This document shows, piece by piece, positions 35,967-44,593 of a stretch of DNA of 48,151 bases (its first letter is position 1; each line of letters opens with the position of its first letter). This DNA comes from a virus (lineage: Duplodnaviria > Caudoviricetes). The stretch lies in IMG/VR virus record IMGVR_UViG_3300012232_000019, positions 1 through 48,151 of that record; one strand, given 5' to 3'. The position numbers and the translations under genes are program-made. Under the pieces are notes generated by a model. The model had not been told where the DNA came from and did no database searches. It saw only the letters and a list, made by a program, of their open reading frames with translations.

Positions 35967-37697
35967 TTAGGGCTTCACAAAGTTGCGATAGTATTTGTCG
36001 AGGTGTGCAGGCATACCCTGAATGCTCTGCATGAAGTTCCGCATCGCTGCGTCCTTACGTGATGGCTGTCTGATACCATGAGCTTCCATGAGGGGCTCCA
36101 GCACCTGTCGCCACTCAGGTTCAGGAATTGACAGCCCAAGAGCAGCCATGCGCTGGTAGGTATCAGGGTCCACCATACCAGCCAAATCACCAGTCTTGGC
36201 AATCGCACCGTATGGGTCCATGCTGGCGTATACTGAATCAGGCGGCATCAGGCGACCTTGAAAGCCAAATGCGTCCAGAGAGCCAAATCCCTTATCTACC
36301 CCAACCACCTTCCTCGCTGCCGGATCGAGCATGAACTGTCCAGTGTGCCTGTCTGTGACTGCACCAAAGATGTCACGCGCCTGCTCAGCAGCTAATTGAT
36401 TGGCTATCTCAGGAGTTCTGAGGTTGTTGGGTATCCTGTATGGAAACGGCTCGTATGTGTGGGGTAGGAACAGCTGTGCCGTCCCGCCTCCTTCAATCTC
36501 ATGAGCTACAGGGGTGGTCCCGTGAAGTAGCTCCATGATCTTCGTTTGAGCCGACTCCATTTGGGATTCACTTCGGCCTGTTGACATGCCTGCAACTGAA
36601 TTATCCCCATAGCGTCCGAGTTCACTACCCTTTTCCAGTATCCTCCGGCCACCCGGACCCTCACCCATTCGCTTTTGGATGATGCCCCTCAGACCAGACC
36701 TACCGTAGTCGATGATTGGGCCACCAGCAACATCTTCCTTCGTCTTCATCCCCGATGCGCTTCGTGGAGTCACAGCCTCAGTAGTAGCTAGGCCAGGGAA
36801 TGACCCTCTCCTCGGCGGCGCCAAAGCACCAGCGTGCATCCCTTGGTTGGTATACAAGGCCATCTGCCGTGCTATTTCGTCGGTGATATCTTCCTCTGGA
36901 TGAGACAGGTCTGACAAATCCACTATTTGCTGGAGCTTGGCTTGAGCATCGGGCTGATGAGTCGTGTCAGTAAACTTCTTGAGGAAATCGTCAGGACCTG
37001 CCAGCTCCACGTGCCTTATTAGCTTTTCGAGCTCTGGCGTATCAATCTGGAATCGGCGATTCATGATATCGCCAAGCCTCAGAGCTTCTTGTCTGTAGCC
37101 AGAGGTCGGGAGGATACCTGCGAGAGTCGCTCCAGCACCACCGACGCTTTTCATCCCGAGCGCGGCCTTGCCACCAAGCAATGCAGCTTTGCCACCGGCC
37201 AGTCCAGCCTTGAGTTCCTCCGGAATGGCTCCAGCGACACTGCCCATCAGTCGGGTTGGCGACCTGTCCTTCAATCTGTTGTAGAGATTCGAGCCGGACT
37301 GCTTAAGAACGTCCCACTCGTTCCCCGAACCATGACTTGCATCGGCATCGATGGCACTGCCAGCAACGTCACCGAACAAATCGTCCTCGAGGAAGCCCTT
37401 CGCCAGCTCACTGTCCGGGAGAGACTCATACATCTCTCCAAGAGCCTTACCACCACCGCTAAGACTCTCCCAGAAGCCTGGAGTCGGGGGTGGCCGATTC
37501 GGACTCTGCTTGAACTCGAATTCTGGCCGAGGATTCGGCTCCCACATCTCGCGCTTGCGCCGCTGACCGGCGGACAACGCATCGTCCATCGCCCGGCCAT
37601 CGCGCATGAAGTCGAATTGGGCTGGCTCAACGTCAAACGGACGAGTAGACTGGTAAGGGTCTACCGACCGGAATTGAGCACTAGTCCGTGGTGGCAT
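35967..37697 (-). CDS. hypothetical protein with C-terminal PI3/4-kinase/HipA-like motifs
   Basis: IFGAVTDRHTGQFML...VVGVDKGFG resembles the DRHxxN / IDxG catalytic pair. Confidence 0.5.
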   Translation of the reverse strand: MPPRTSAQFRSVDPYQSTRPFDVEPAQFDFMRDGRAMDDALSAGQRRKREMWEPNPRPEFEFKQSPNRPPPTPGFWESLSGGGKALGEMYESLPDSELAKGFLEDDLFGDVAGSAIDADASHGSGNEWDVLKQSGSNLYNRLKDRSPTRLMGSVAGAIPEELKAGLAGGKAALLGGKAALGMKSVGGAGATLAGILPTSGYRQEALRLGDIMNRRFQIDTPELEKLIRHVELAGPDDFLKKFTDTTHQPDAQAKLQQIVDLSDLSHPEEDITDEIARQMALYTNQGMHAGALAPPRRGSFPGLATTEAVTPRSASGMKTKEDVAGGPIIDYGRSGLRGIIQKRMGEGPGGRRILEKGSELGRYGDNSVAGMSTGRSESQMESAQTKIMELLHGTTPVAHEIEGGGTAQLFLPHTYEPFPYRIPNNLRTPEIANQLAAEQARDIFGAVTDRHTGQFMLDPAARKVVGVDKGFGSLDAFGFQGRLMPPDSVYASMDPYGAIAKTGDLAGMVDPDTYQRMAALGLSIPEPEWRQVLEPLMEAHGIRQPSRKDAAMRNFMQSIQGMPAHLDKYYRNFVKP

Positions 37698-38007
37698 GTG
37701 GTATCTCTACCGCCTCTGCGCGCTTCTTCCACCGCTCTTTTTCTTCGAGTGCGGCCTCTCGTGCGGACCTTGTTTCGAGTTCTGCTTGCTTTCTCGACCA
37801 AGGAACTCGACTTTTTCGGATATTTCCCTCAAATCCGGGCTTTATCGCTTGTGCCTGAGGAGCTGGACGCTGTTTATCTCGTTCCTCATCGAGAAGTCCC
37901 CTCAAATACTCGATTTCCTCGTTCTGGAGGGTTATCGTATACTTGAGAGCTTGGCACGTTTCACACGAATATGTTCTCCGGGTGAACAAATCAGCGAAGA
38001 AGCCCAC
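37681..38007 (-). CDS. hypothetical coiled-coil protein with CxxC
   Basis: GGAGG RBS; CETC; overlaps the TerL stop. Confidence 0.6.
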   Translation of the reverse strand: MGFFADLFTRRTYSCETCQALKYTITLQNEEIEYLRGLLDEERDKQRPAPQAQAIKPGFEGNIRKSRVPWSRKQAELETRSAREAALEEKERWKKRAEAVEIPHATTD

Positions 38008-39616
38008 GAAACCTCCGATGCCGTTGAACCGACGTTACGACTTTGCTCTTCGACTCCAGAACTTCCATCTGTCGGTGGAGTCGAGTCCAATCTCCGGTTT
38101 CGGAAAAGCTGGAAATCACTTTTCCGAGCGTTTGGATGCGCTGGTCTCGTGACCAAACGAGGCGGATATACTGGTCCACCTCTTTAATCAGGTAACGGCC
38201 ACCATCGTAGGGGTCGTCACCGTTAAACTCAGCTACGTCCTCGGCTACTTCCCCATCTTTGGAGTCGTAAATGCAGATGGGTATGGTCTTGATGAACTCC
38301 TTGCACGTATCGAACACCTGCAACTTCGGTAAATTGGTCTCCAGCGGCTCGGGAATGAAGGCTTCCTGATACTTCTGGAAGGCCGCGGCACCCCAATTCC
38401 GATAGACGTAAGCTGCCTTTTCCTCCGAATAACCCTCTGCAGGGATATACTTCGGTGGTTTTGGCTCCCAACGTAGAAACGAGTGCATGAGCATCTTGCC
38501 GCCGAGTCTATCGTTATCCGCTTGTGCGGGTCGAAACCCAGAGGCCTTCGTAAACTGCTCAGCTATGGTCTCTTTGTCTCCTCGCTTGGCCCAGGCGCTT
38601 GGGTCCAAGACGACAGAGTGTATCTCGTGCCGCTCATTCTGCGAAAGCCGGGCGACGTCCGCACCCCAAGTCTCAATGTTCTGCTTATCCTTCGCATACT
38701 CGCGATACATGAAGACACGAGCGTCAGGAGAAACAGCAGCCCACCCAGCCCACGTCTTTGCCGTGTAGCCCCAGTCAATCGCGAGGATTCTCGGCCACCA
38801 ATCGGGGACTTCGAAAGGTTTGACGACGTGACATGCGTGTGCAGGCTCTCCGGCTCTCTGGAAGTCCCGCCACTCCGCGAAGACTTGACCGGAGAAGACA
38901 TACCAATCTCCGTCTTTCTTGGCTCGTCGCTCGGCCTCGGGAAGAATTTCGAGGCGCCAAGCATATCCGGGGTCCGCCTCATTGAGGTAGGGGTTATCGT
39001 CCAGCTTCGCCGGGATATAGATGCGAGTAGTTCTGCTTGAGCGGTCGTGTATGATTTTGTAGCCCGTTCGTGCGGGGTCCACGAATCGCTCCCGGACCCA
39101 CACATGACCTTGATTCCCTGGATTACTAGCGGACCTAACGACGGGCGGTAAGTCCGGTTCGGATGATCGAACACGACTGGTGACAAAGGAATAGACGAAC
39201 CACTTGAAGCTCGTGAGCTCATCGAACGCGGCGTAGTGGTATTCCGTAGTGTCATGGCGCCGTGCGTGCTTTTCCTTTTCGAGGTAGCTCGCCCTGATAA
39301 TGGCCCCTGAAGGCCACTTCCAGAAGTGCTTCGCTTCGTTGAAGACAGCGCCGGTTAGTTTGTAGAACCTATCCGCGCGAGGGATGATGCTTTCCTCAAG
39401 CTGCGGGAAGGTCTCGCGAAAGATGATACCGTGAAACTTCGGATGAAGATGCCAGCCACGAAGTATGGGCAGCATGATGAGGAGCTCCGACTTGCCCCCA
39501 CCAGCTGCCCCACCGTAGAGCGCCTCGAATATGGAATCCGGAATCTCGAGAAACTTCTGTTGCTTCTCGTGCGGCTTCCATATTCGAGTGAAATTGTCGA
39601 CGACGTGTATGCCCAC
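37991..39616 (-). CDS. terL: terminase large subunit
   Basis: PHEKQ, LYGGAAGGGKS, AFDELT, ASNPG; nuclease motifs AIDWGY and DDPYDGGRY. Confidence 0.93.
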   Translation of the reverse strand: MGIHVVDNFTRIWKPHEKQQKFLEIPDSIFEALYGGAAGGGKSELLIMLPILRGWHLHPKFHGIIFRETFPQLEESIIPRADRFYKLTGAVFNEAKHFWKWPSGAIIRASYLEKEKHARRHDTTEYHYAAFDELTSFKWFVYSFVTSRVRSSEPDLPPVVRSASNPGNQGHVWVRERFVDPARTGYKIIHDRSSRTTRIYIPAKLDDNPYLNEADPGYAWRLEILPEAERRAKKDGDWYVFSGQVFAEWRDFQRAGEPAHACHVVKPFEVPDWWPRILAIDWGYTAKTWAGWAAVSPDARVFMYREYAKDKQNIETWGADVARLSQNERHEIHSVVLDPSAWAKRGDKETIAEQFTKASGFRPAQADNDRLGGKMLMHSFLRWEPKPPKYIPAEGYSEEKAAYVYRNWGAAAFQKYQEAFIPEPLETNLPKLQVFDTCKEFIKTIPICIYDSKDGEVAEDVAEFNGDDPYDGGRYLIKEVDQYIRLVWSRDQRIQTLGKVISSFSETGDWTRLHRQMEVLESKSKVVTSVQRHRRFRGLLR

Positions 39617-39619
39617 GGC

Positions 39620-40066
39620 CTACTTGAAGTCGTCGGTCTTTGGCTTCAGCTCCGGCCGCTTCGCCTGTGCAGCCGGTGCCTCGACGACTTCCTCGGGAGG
39701 CAGACCGGCCTGCTCACGAATCGCCGCCATCTCGACTGGGTCCGGATCGGGGATGACGATGCCGAGAGCCTCGGCGAGGTTGTGCGGGAGCACGTATTGA
39801 CCACCGTCCGACAGCTCGTAGAGGCCGTCGTCCGCGTGGCATTTGAACGTCCCACGGCCCTCGATGTCGTTGATGGCCAGGGGGCCACCGTAGCCGAGGA
39901 ACTTGCGTCCCGTGACGACGGTGCAGAGCTGCGTCGGTTCGAGCTTCGTGTCGACGTGGACGATTCCCTCGGGGTTTCGTCGGAGGTCGCCAAGCTCGAT
40001 TGGACGGTCGATGACTCCTGCCGCAACTGCGTCCTTCATGTATTCCTTCTCTTTCTTGTTCGACAT
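39620..40066 (-). CDS. hypothetical protein
   Basis: AGGAG RBS; biased codons; 148 aa. Confidence 0.7.
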   Translation of the reverse strand: MSNKKEKEYMKDAVAAGVIDRPIELGDLRRNPEGIVHVDTKLEPTQLCTVVTGRKFLGYGGPLAINDIEGRGTFKCHADDGLYELSDGGQYVLPHNLAEALGIVIPDPDPVEMAAIREQAGLPPEEVVEAPAAQAKRPELKPKTDDFK

Positions 40067-40075
40067 CTCGAACTC

Positions 40076-40807
40076 CTAGAACTGAGGTTGTCCGCCGCCG
40101 CGAGCCGCCATCATCTGCTGGTAGGCTCCTGCCATGTCCGGCGCCTGTCGGCCAGCAGGAAGCTGGTTCATGGCCGGGTTGGGGTTCTGCTGACGCCACT
40201 GGTCACGCTGCTGGTTGGCCTGCTGCATGGCGCCCTGCAGGTCGAAGCCACCCGGACCCATACCGCCGCCAGGTCCCGGAGGAGGTCCGACAGAACCCAT
40301 CATTCCCGGTGGCTTCTGCATCTGGCCCATGCGAGCCTGAGCTTGCTGCATCTGAGCCATCATGGCCTGACGGGGGTCGCCCATCGGAGGAGCCCCGCCC
40401 ATCTGAGGCATCGGAGGCTTGTCGAAGACACCGGCTGCACGCTGAACGTCCATCCGATTCTGGAAGTCCTGTGGTCCGCCCATGTTTCCTCCACCCATCA
40501 TTGGAGGAGGCCCCATCGGTCCACCCGTCGGAGACTGACCCATTGGTGGTCCGGGACGCATGGGAGGCGTCATCGGGGGCATGCCTGGTCTTGGCGCGGC
40601 GCTCGGCGGGAGAGGCATCGGTGGCCGCATTGGAGGACCGAATCCTGAGGTGCCCGGTCCGGGCTGTTGAGCGAAGCCGCCTCCCGCGCCGCCCGAGATC
40701 GGACCCTGCATCCGAGGAGCAGTGCTGCGCATCCCCATCGCCTTCTTCTTCGCCTTGGCTGCAGGCGCCTTGTATCCTTGAGCCGATGGTGCTGTTGGCA
40801 TAACCAA
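40076..40807 (-). CDS. low-complexity Pro/Gly/Met/Gln-rich protein
   Basis: GAGGA RBS; almost entirely P, G, M, Q and A. Confidence 0.65.
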   Translation of the reverse strand: MVMPTAPSAQGYKAPAAKAKKKAMGMRSTAPRMQGPISGGAGGGFAQQPGPGTSGFGPPMRPPMPLPPSAAPRPGMPPMTPPMRPGPPMGQSPTGGPMGPPPMMGGGNMGGPQDFQNRMDVQRAAGVFDKPPMPQMGGAPPMGDPRQAMMAQMQQAQARMGQMQKPPGMMGSVGPPPGPGGGMGPGGFDLQGAMQQANQQRDQWRQQNPNPAMNQLPAGRQAPDMAGAYQQMMAARGGGQPQF

Positions 40808-40860
40808 TCCTCGAATGCAGAGTTACCGAGCGCGCGCCGCGACTCCGATGTGCTGACGAG

Positions 40861-41328
40861 CTACCGCTTCTTCGGCTGTGCGCCGCTGGAGGGCAGCGAG
40901 TTGTCCAGGTAGTTGACCGGGACGAGAACCCAGCCGTAGACCGGCGTCCACTTCAGCTCGAACAGGTTGTCCCTGTCGACGGTCGGAAGCGTGTTGTCCG
41001 GACGGCCCGGAGGCTTCGGAAGGCCCTGGTCCGGCTTCGGCTGAGAACCGGGCAGACCCTGATCGGGCTTCGGCTGCGAGCCGGGCAGGCTGTTGTCGGG
41101 GCCGACGGGAGGAAACACCGGCAGGTGCACCGGGAATCCGGGAGGCGGCTCGGGCAACGTGTTGTCGGGTCCGGGAGGATTGACCGGCGGCCAGATGACA
41201 TCCGGTCCTGACGGAATGTGAATCGGGTGGGTTGGGACTCCGGGCTGACCGGGGAGGGTGTTGTCGGGTCTGTCCCCACCATCCCTCTTTTCGAGGAAGG
41301 TGATGATTGCGAGCTTCGTAGTCGACAT
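40861..41328 (-). CDS. proline-rich repeat protein (PDNTLP/PDQGLP)
   Basis: AGGAG RBS before ATG 41328; seven xD(N/Q)xLP units. Confidence 0.7.
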   Translation of the reverse strand: MSTTKLAIITFLEKRDGGDRPDNTLPGQPGVPTHPIHIPSGPDVIWPPVNPPGPDNTLPEPPPGFPVHLPVFPPVGPDNSLPGSQPKPDQGLPGSQPKPDQGLPKPPGRPDNTLPTVDRDNLFELKWTPVYGWVLVPVNYLDNSLPSSGAQPKKR

Positions 41329-41413
41329 CGTTGGCTTCTCCTTTGACTTTCGTTGACGGTTGCGGACGATAGCGTCAAGTTCGATGAGTTCACGTTCGCG
41401 AGTCATCCGAGAC

Positions 41414-41680
41414 TCAAACACGTCGAATCTCGATTGCTCGTGGCCCTTTCGGCGCCTCCAGGCAGAGGAACTCGACGCGGTCGCCGATTTCCAGGTCACT
41501 GAATTCCACGCCCTGCGACTTCTGGAGTGCAGTGTAGTGGAAAAAGTAATCCTGTCCATCGTTGCCAGCGATGAACCCGAAACCTTCCTTGAGCTTGCGA
41601 ACGACGCCAGTCTCACTCTGCGCGGCGTTGCGTGTCTCGGCTGCTGGTCCTGACTCTCTTGGCAATTCTCCGTTACGCAT
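41414..41680 (-). CDS. cold-shock domain protein
   Basis: GVVRKLKEGFGFI (RNP1), DYFFHYTAL (RNP2), GDRVEF...GPRAIEI. Confidence 0.88.
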   Translation of the reverse strand: MRNGELPRESGPAAETRNAAQSETGVVRKLKEGFGFIAGNDGQDYFFHYTALQKSQGVEFSDLEIGDRVEFLCLEAPKGPRAIEIRRV

Positions 41681-42365
41681 CCTTCGACTCCGTTCCTGTT
41701 TCCGAAATGGCTCCCTCCAGATACTTCTGCGGGACACGTTCCTCTCCCACGCTGACGGCCTCGTAGTCAGATTCCTTCTTGACCTCGGGCCGATACATAT
41801 GGAAGTGAACGGTCTGCTCGGCACTCATCTCCTTCGGGAGCATCTTCTCGGAGATGATTGCGAGTTGTGAGCCGACCTGAGCCAGCTCTCGTGCTTTCTC
41901 GATCTTCTTTATCTTTTGGTCATCGAGGCATTCGAGCACGGTGTTCAGACGCTTGAACGCGAGGTCGCGAATCTTCGTCCGCTGACCTTCGATAATCGAG
42001 ATGAGGTTGTTGTTGGGTTGGTCGAGATTGACGTGACCCTGCTTGCCGTGGTCGGTCATCAACCGGATGTGGTCGTCGTTGACGTTGAACAAGCCAGCTG
42101 CATTGGACCGACTGGTCAGCTGGCCCACAATGACGGCATCAGCTGCTTCCTTGGGAGTCAGCTTTGGCTTGGGCAGGGATGCTCTGAGCGCGCGTTCTAC
42201 GTGCTTGACGACCTCTGGGTCGAGCATTGAGGGAGGTGCGGGTGCGAAGGGTTCCAGCGGCGGAGGGCCAGGGTCGCCCGTTGGAACAGAGTCCCGGTCG
42301 ATGCGGTTCAAGATGTTGCTATGGGACCCGAGACGAATACTCGCCTCTTCTTCGCTAATCCACAT
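41673..42365 (-). CDS. hypothetical protein, first gene of the late arm (terminase small subunit candidate)
   Basis: Start MWISEEE lies downstream of a consensus promoter; helical C-terminal half. Function is suggested by position only. Confidence 0.5.
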   Translation of the reverse strand: MWISEEEASIRLGSHSNILNRIDRDSVPTGDPGPPPLEPFAPAPPSMLDPEVVKHVERALRASLPKPKLTPKEAADAVIVGQLTSRSNAAGLFNVNDDHIRLMTDHGKQGHVNLDQPNNNLISIIEGQRTKIRDLAFKRLNTVLECLDDQKIKKIEKARELAQVGSQLAIISEKMLPKEMSAEQTVHFHMYRPEVKKESDYEAVSVGEERVPQKYLEGAISETGTESKDA

Positions 42366-42408
42366 GATTTCGGTTCCGATACGCGTAGATGTCCGTCGCC
42401 CTTGCGCG

Positions 42409-42437
42409 ATTATACCATGTTCTGCAAAACTTGTCAA
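42409..42437 (-). promoter_or_regulatory. sigma70-type promoter driving the structural arm
   Basis: TTGACA-17 bp-TATAAT on the - strand (perfect consensus, with TG extension). Confidence 0.85.
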
Positions 42438-42603
42438 ATCGGCAAATGTTGGCGCGATGAACATTGTTCCTGGGAGTGAACATTTTGGTGAGTCCCGTAT
42501 CGAAAGGGGTATAGCCTCTATGGGACCCGATAATATGAAGTAGGTCGAGAGACTTTATGTTGGCTACCACCCCCCGGAGCGAGGTCATGGGACCCGCTGC
42601 GAC

Positions 42604-42633
42604 AGTATAGCACACCTCGTGGGGGCATGTCAA
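42604..42633 (-). promoter_or_regulatory. second leftward sigma70-type promoter
   Basis: TTGACA-18 bp-TATACT with extended -10 TG. Confidence 0.7.
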
Positions 42634-42765
42634 CAACAAAGTGCTCTGTATCACAAAGAACTCTATGCATAAATATGCAGGCATCTATGAATAATCATCC
42701 AAGTCAAGTGTAAAGATTACACAGTCGATACTTCCACTTTGTTTGATAAAGTGCTGGTGATACGC

Positions 42766-42794
42766 TTGACTTCCTGATCGCCATCGCTTATACT
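42766..42794 (+). promoter_or_regulatory. rightward sigma70-type promoter
   Basis: TTGACT-17 bp-TATACT. Confidence 0.75.
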
Positions 42795-42864
42795 TGTCTT
42801 CGTTGGGGGGCGGCAAGCAAGCGGTTCACCAGCGGGGCCAATCAAGGCCAGAGGATACAGCATC

Positions 42865-43212
42865 ATGGAAAAGGTCATTGTCAAGCTCGAACTGCCGATC
42901 GAAGGCAAGCCCGCCTTCATTTGGGAATACTCCAAGGACAAGGCGGAGTCCATCGAAGACGCCAAGGTGATCGCCAAGGCGATGGCGTCGGGCGACGAGA
43001 CGCCTTCGGACTACCTCGTCAAGGCCTTCAACTACGGCCACGATTTGCTGCTTCGTGCGGCGGAGCGTTCCAAGGCGAACAAGGCGTCGCAGGGACCGGA
43101 GAAGGAAATCGCCAAGGCCATCAAGATGATGGTCGAGACGGTCGGCTTCACCGAGGAGGCGGCCCGCGAGATTGTCATCAACCAGCGCAAGGCGGCTGGC
43201 AAGCCCGTCTAG
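42865..43212 (+). CDS. early hypothetical protein
   Basis: GAGGA RBS; strongly biased codons; first gene after the promoter. Confidence 0.8.
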   Translation: MEKVIVKLELPIEGKPAFIWEYSKDKAESIEDAKVIAKAMASGDETPSDYLVKAFNYGHDLLLRAAERSKANKASQGPEKEIAKAIKMMVETVGFTEEAAREIVINQRKAAGKPV

Positions 43213-43247
43213 GGCACGATGCGGGGGGCAGAACATCGCCCCCCGTC

Positions 43248-43293
43248 CGGTCGCGGAATCTTCCGCCTGATGAGTCCCGAAAGGACGAAACCG
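43248..43293 (+). ncRNA. hammerhead ribozyme (type III)
   Basis: CGG-UC, stem I GCGGAA/UUCCGC, CUGAUGA core, stem II GUCC/GGAC, GAAA, CCG closing stem III. Predicted cleavage after GUC at 43252. Confidence 0.9.
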
Positions 43294-43557
43294 ATGAAAC
43301 AGATGAAGCGTTACCTTGTCGTTCGCAAGCCCGGAGAAGACGACTCCATCGTCGAGTATACCACGCCGCGCGTGGCTGGATGGGCGGACGCGGTTGACCT
43401 CTACGGCGAGGTCGAGGCCATCCGAATCCTGCAGGACCACGCCGAGGCCCGCTACCGCGCAGGCGCTCGTGCCGAGGCCTCATACAAGGCCCGACAGGCT
43501 GCGGCTGGCCTGGCCATCGCCTCCGAGGGTCACGTCCGAAAGGTGGTGGCGCGATGA
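43294..43557 (+). CDS. early hypothetical protein (87 aa)
   Basis: ATG immediately after the hammerhead; the AAGGA SD lies within stem II and its loop. Confidence 0.7.
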   Translation: MKQMKRYLVVRKPGEDDSIVEYTTPRVAGWADAVDLYGEVEAIRILQDHAEARYRAGARAEASYKARQAAAGLAIASEGHVRKVVAR

Positions 43558-43709
43558 CCACCATACAGAAGGCCATCGACGCGACCGTCGCGGTCCTCGT
43601 TGCCAAGACCGGCCTCACCGAGGCGCAGGCTCGCGAGCTTGTCCTCGCACAGCGCGCTGCCGCCTACGTGCCGCCTCCGGTGTGGCGCAACGCTCCCCGA
43701 CTCCGCTAG
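43554..43709 (+). CDS. small early protein (51 aa)
   Basis: MTTIQKAIDATVAVLVAKTGLTEAQARELVLAQRAAA...; ATGA overlap; followed by a terminator. Confidence 0.65.
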   Translation: MTTIQKAIDATVAVLVAKTGLTEAQARELVLAQRAAAYVPPPVWRNAPRLR

Positions 43710-43724
43710 GCTCCCGCCTGGCCC

Positions 43725-43761
43725 GAGGCCATCCCGAGAAATTGGGATGGCCTCTTTTTTT
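43725..43761 (+). terminator. Rho-independent terminator
   Basis: GAGGCCATCCC / GGGATGGCCTC perfect 11-bp stem plus T7. Confidence 0.9.
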
Positions 43762-43773
43762 GCCCAAACGTCT

Positions 43774-43807
43774 ATTATGAATGCTTAGACGATTATGAAT
43801 GCTTAGA
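43774..43807. repeat. direct repeat ATTATGAATGCTTAGA x2
   Basis: Two exact 16-bp copies separated by 2 bp. Confidence 0.8.
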
Positions 43808-44023
43808 GCTTTATGTTCAGCCCGTGAACAATACCAGCCGCCACATCGGTCCCGACTCTCAGTCTACACGCCGCGCCTGACTCCCAGCTTTGCCGACAAT
43901 AGGCTCTGAACATTTTGTGCGGCCCTGTGATCAATTCTCCCCCCTGACCTCGTGCGCCAGCCCGGTCCCTGCCGAAGATTGATCAGGCGGCTTTGTAAAA
44001 TGTTCAGCCGCTCGACACCTGAT

Positions 44024-44460
44024 ATCTCTCGTGCATGTCTCGGGTATGTCTCGGGTATTTCTCGGGTTAGTCTCGGGTATCTCTCGGGTATCTTTTTGAC
44101 GGGGTAAGTCCTTTATTATCAATGAGTTACGCGATCAACCCCCCCTCTCCCCCACCCTCATGGTCGGGTATCCGATGTCCGGGTCGTATCGAACTTGTGG
44201 GCTGGAGGCCACACTTTTTCATGATGTGATTTTTTTCTTATCTATATACAATTTATATATAAAAAAGCGAAAGGAAAGCGAAATACCCATATCCAGCCCG
44301 GATTTTCGATGAAATCTGGAAAGCCGAGGGTGGCCTCGAAAGGGAGGGGGGAGGGGGGTAATCGGCTAAGTCCTTGCGGGTCAACAACTTAGGGCCGATC
44401 CAGATACCCGACACATACCCGAGACTTACCCGACACTAGCCCGACACTTACCCGAGAGAT
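44024..44460. repeat. mirror-symmetric iteron region (candidate replication origin or packaging/terminus site)
   Basis: Six 11-bp units (ATnTCTCGGGT) at 44024-89 and five inverted units (ACCCGA(C/G)ACnT) at 44406-60 flank an AT-rich core. Confidence 0.8.
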
Positions 44461-44505
44461 GCACCGCCAAATCCATGTCGAAATGCAATCAAGCCACAGA
44501 ACCGC

Positions 44506-44534
44506 TTGACATCTAAAACTAGCTGGGGTATAAT
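44506..44534 (+). promoter_or_regulatory. strong sigma70-type early promoter
   Basis: TTGACA-17 bp-TATAAT, perfect consensus. Confidence 0.9.
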
Positions 44535-44593
44535 GTATTTGCGCCCGCGGCCTGCAGAGGCGCAAACCACGAAAGCAGGCAAAGGAGATAGCG

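Noticed and set aside
44024-44460. CRISPR array
   Set aside because: The units are 11-bp tandem repeats with no spacers, and there is no cas operon.
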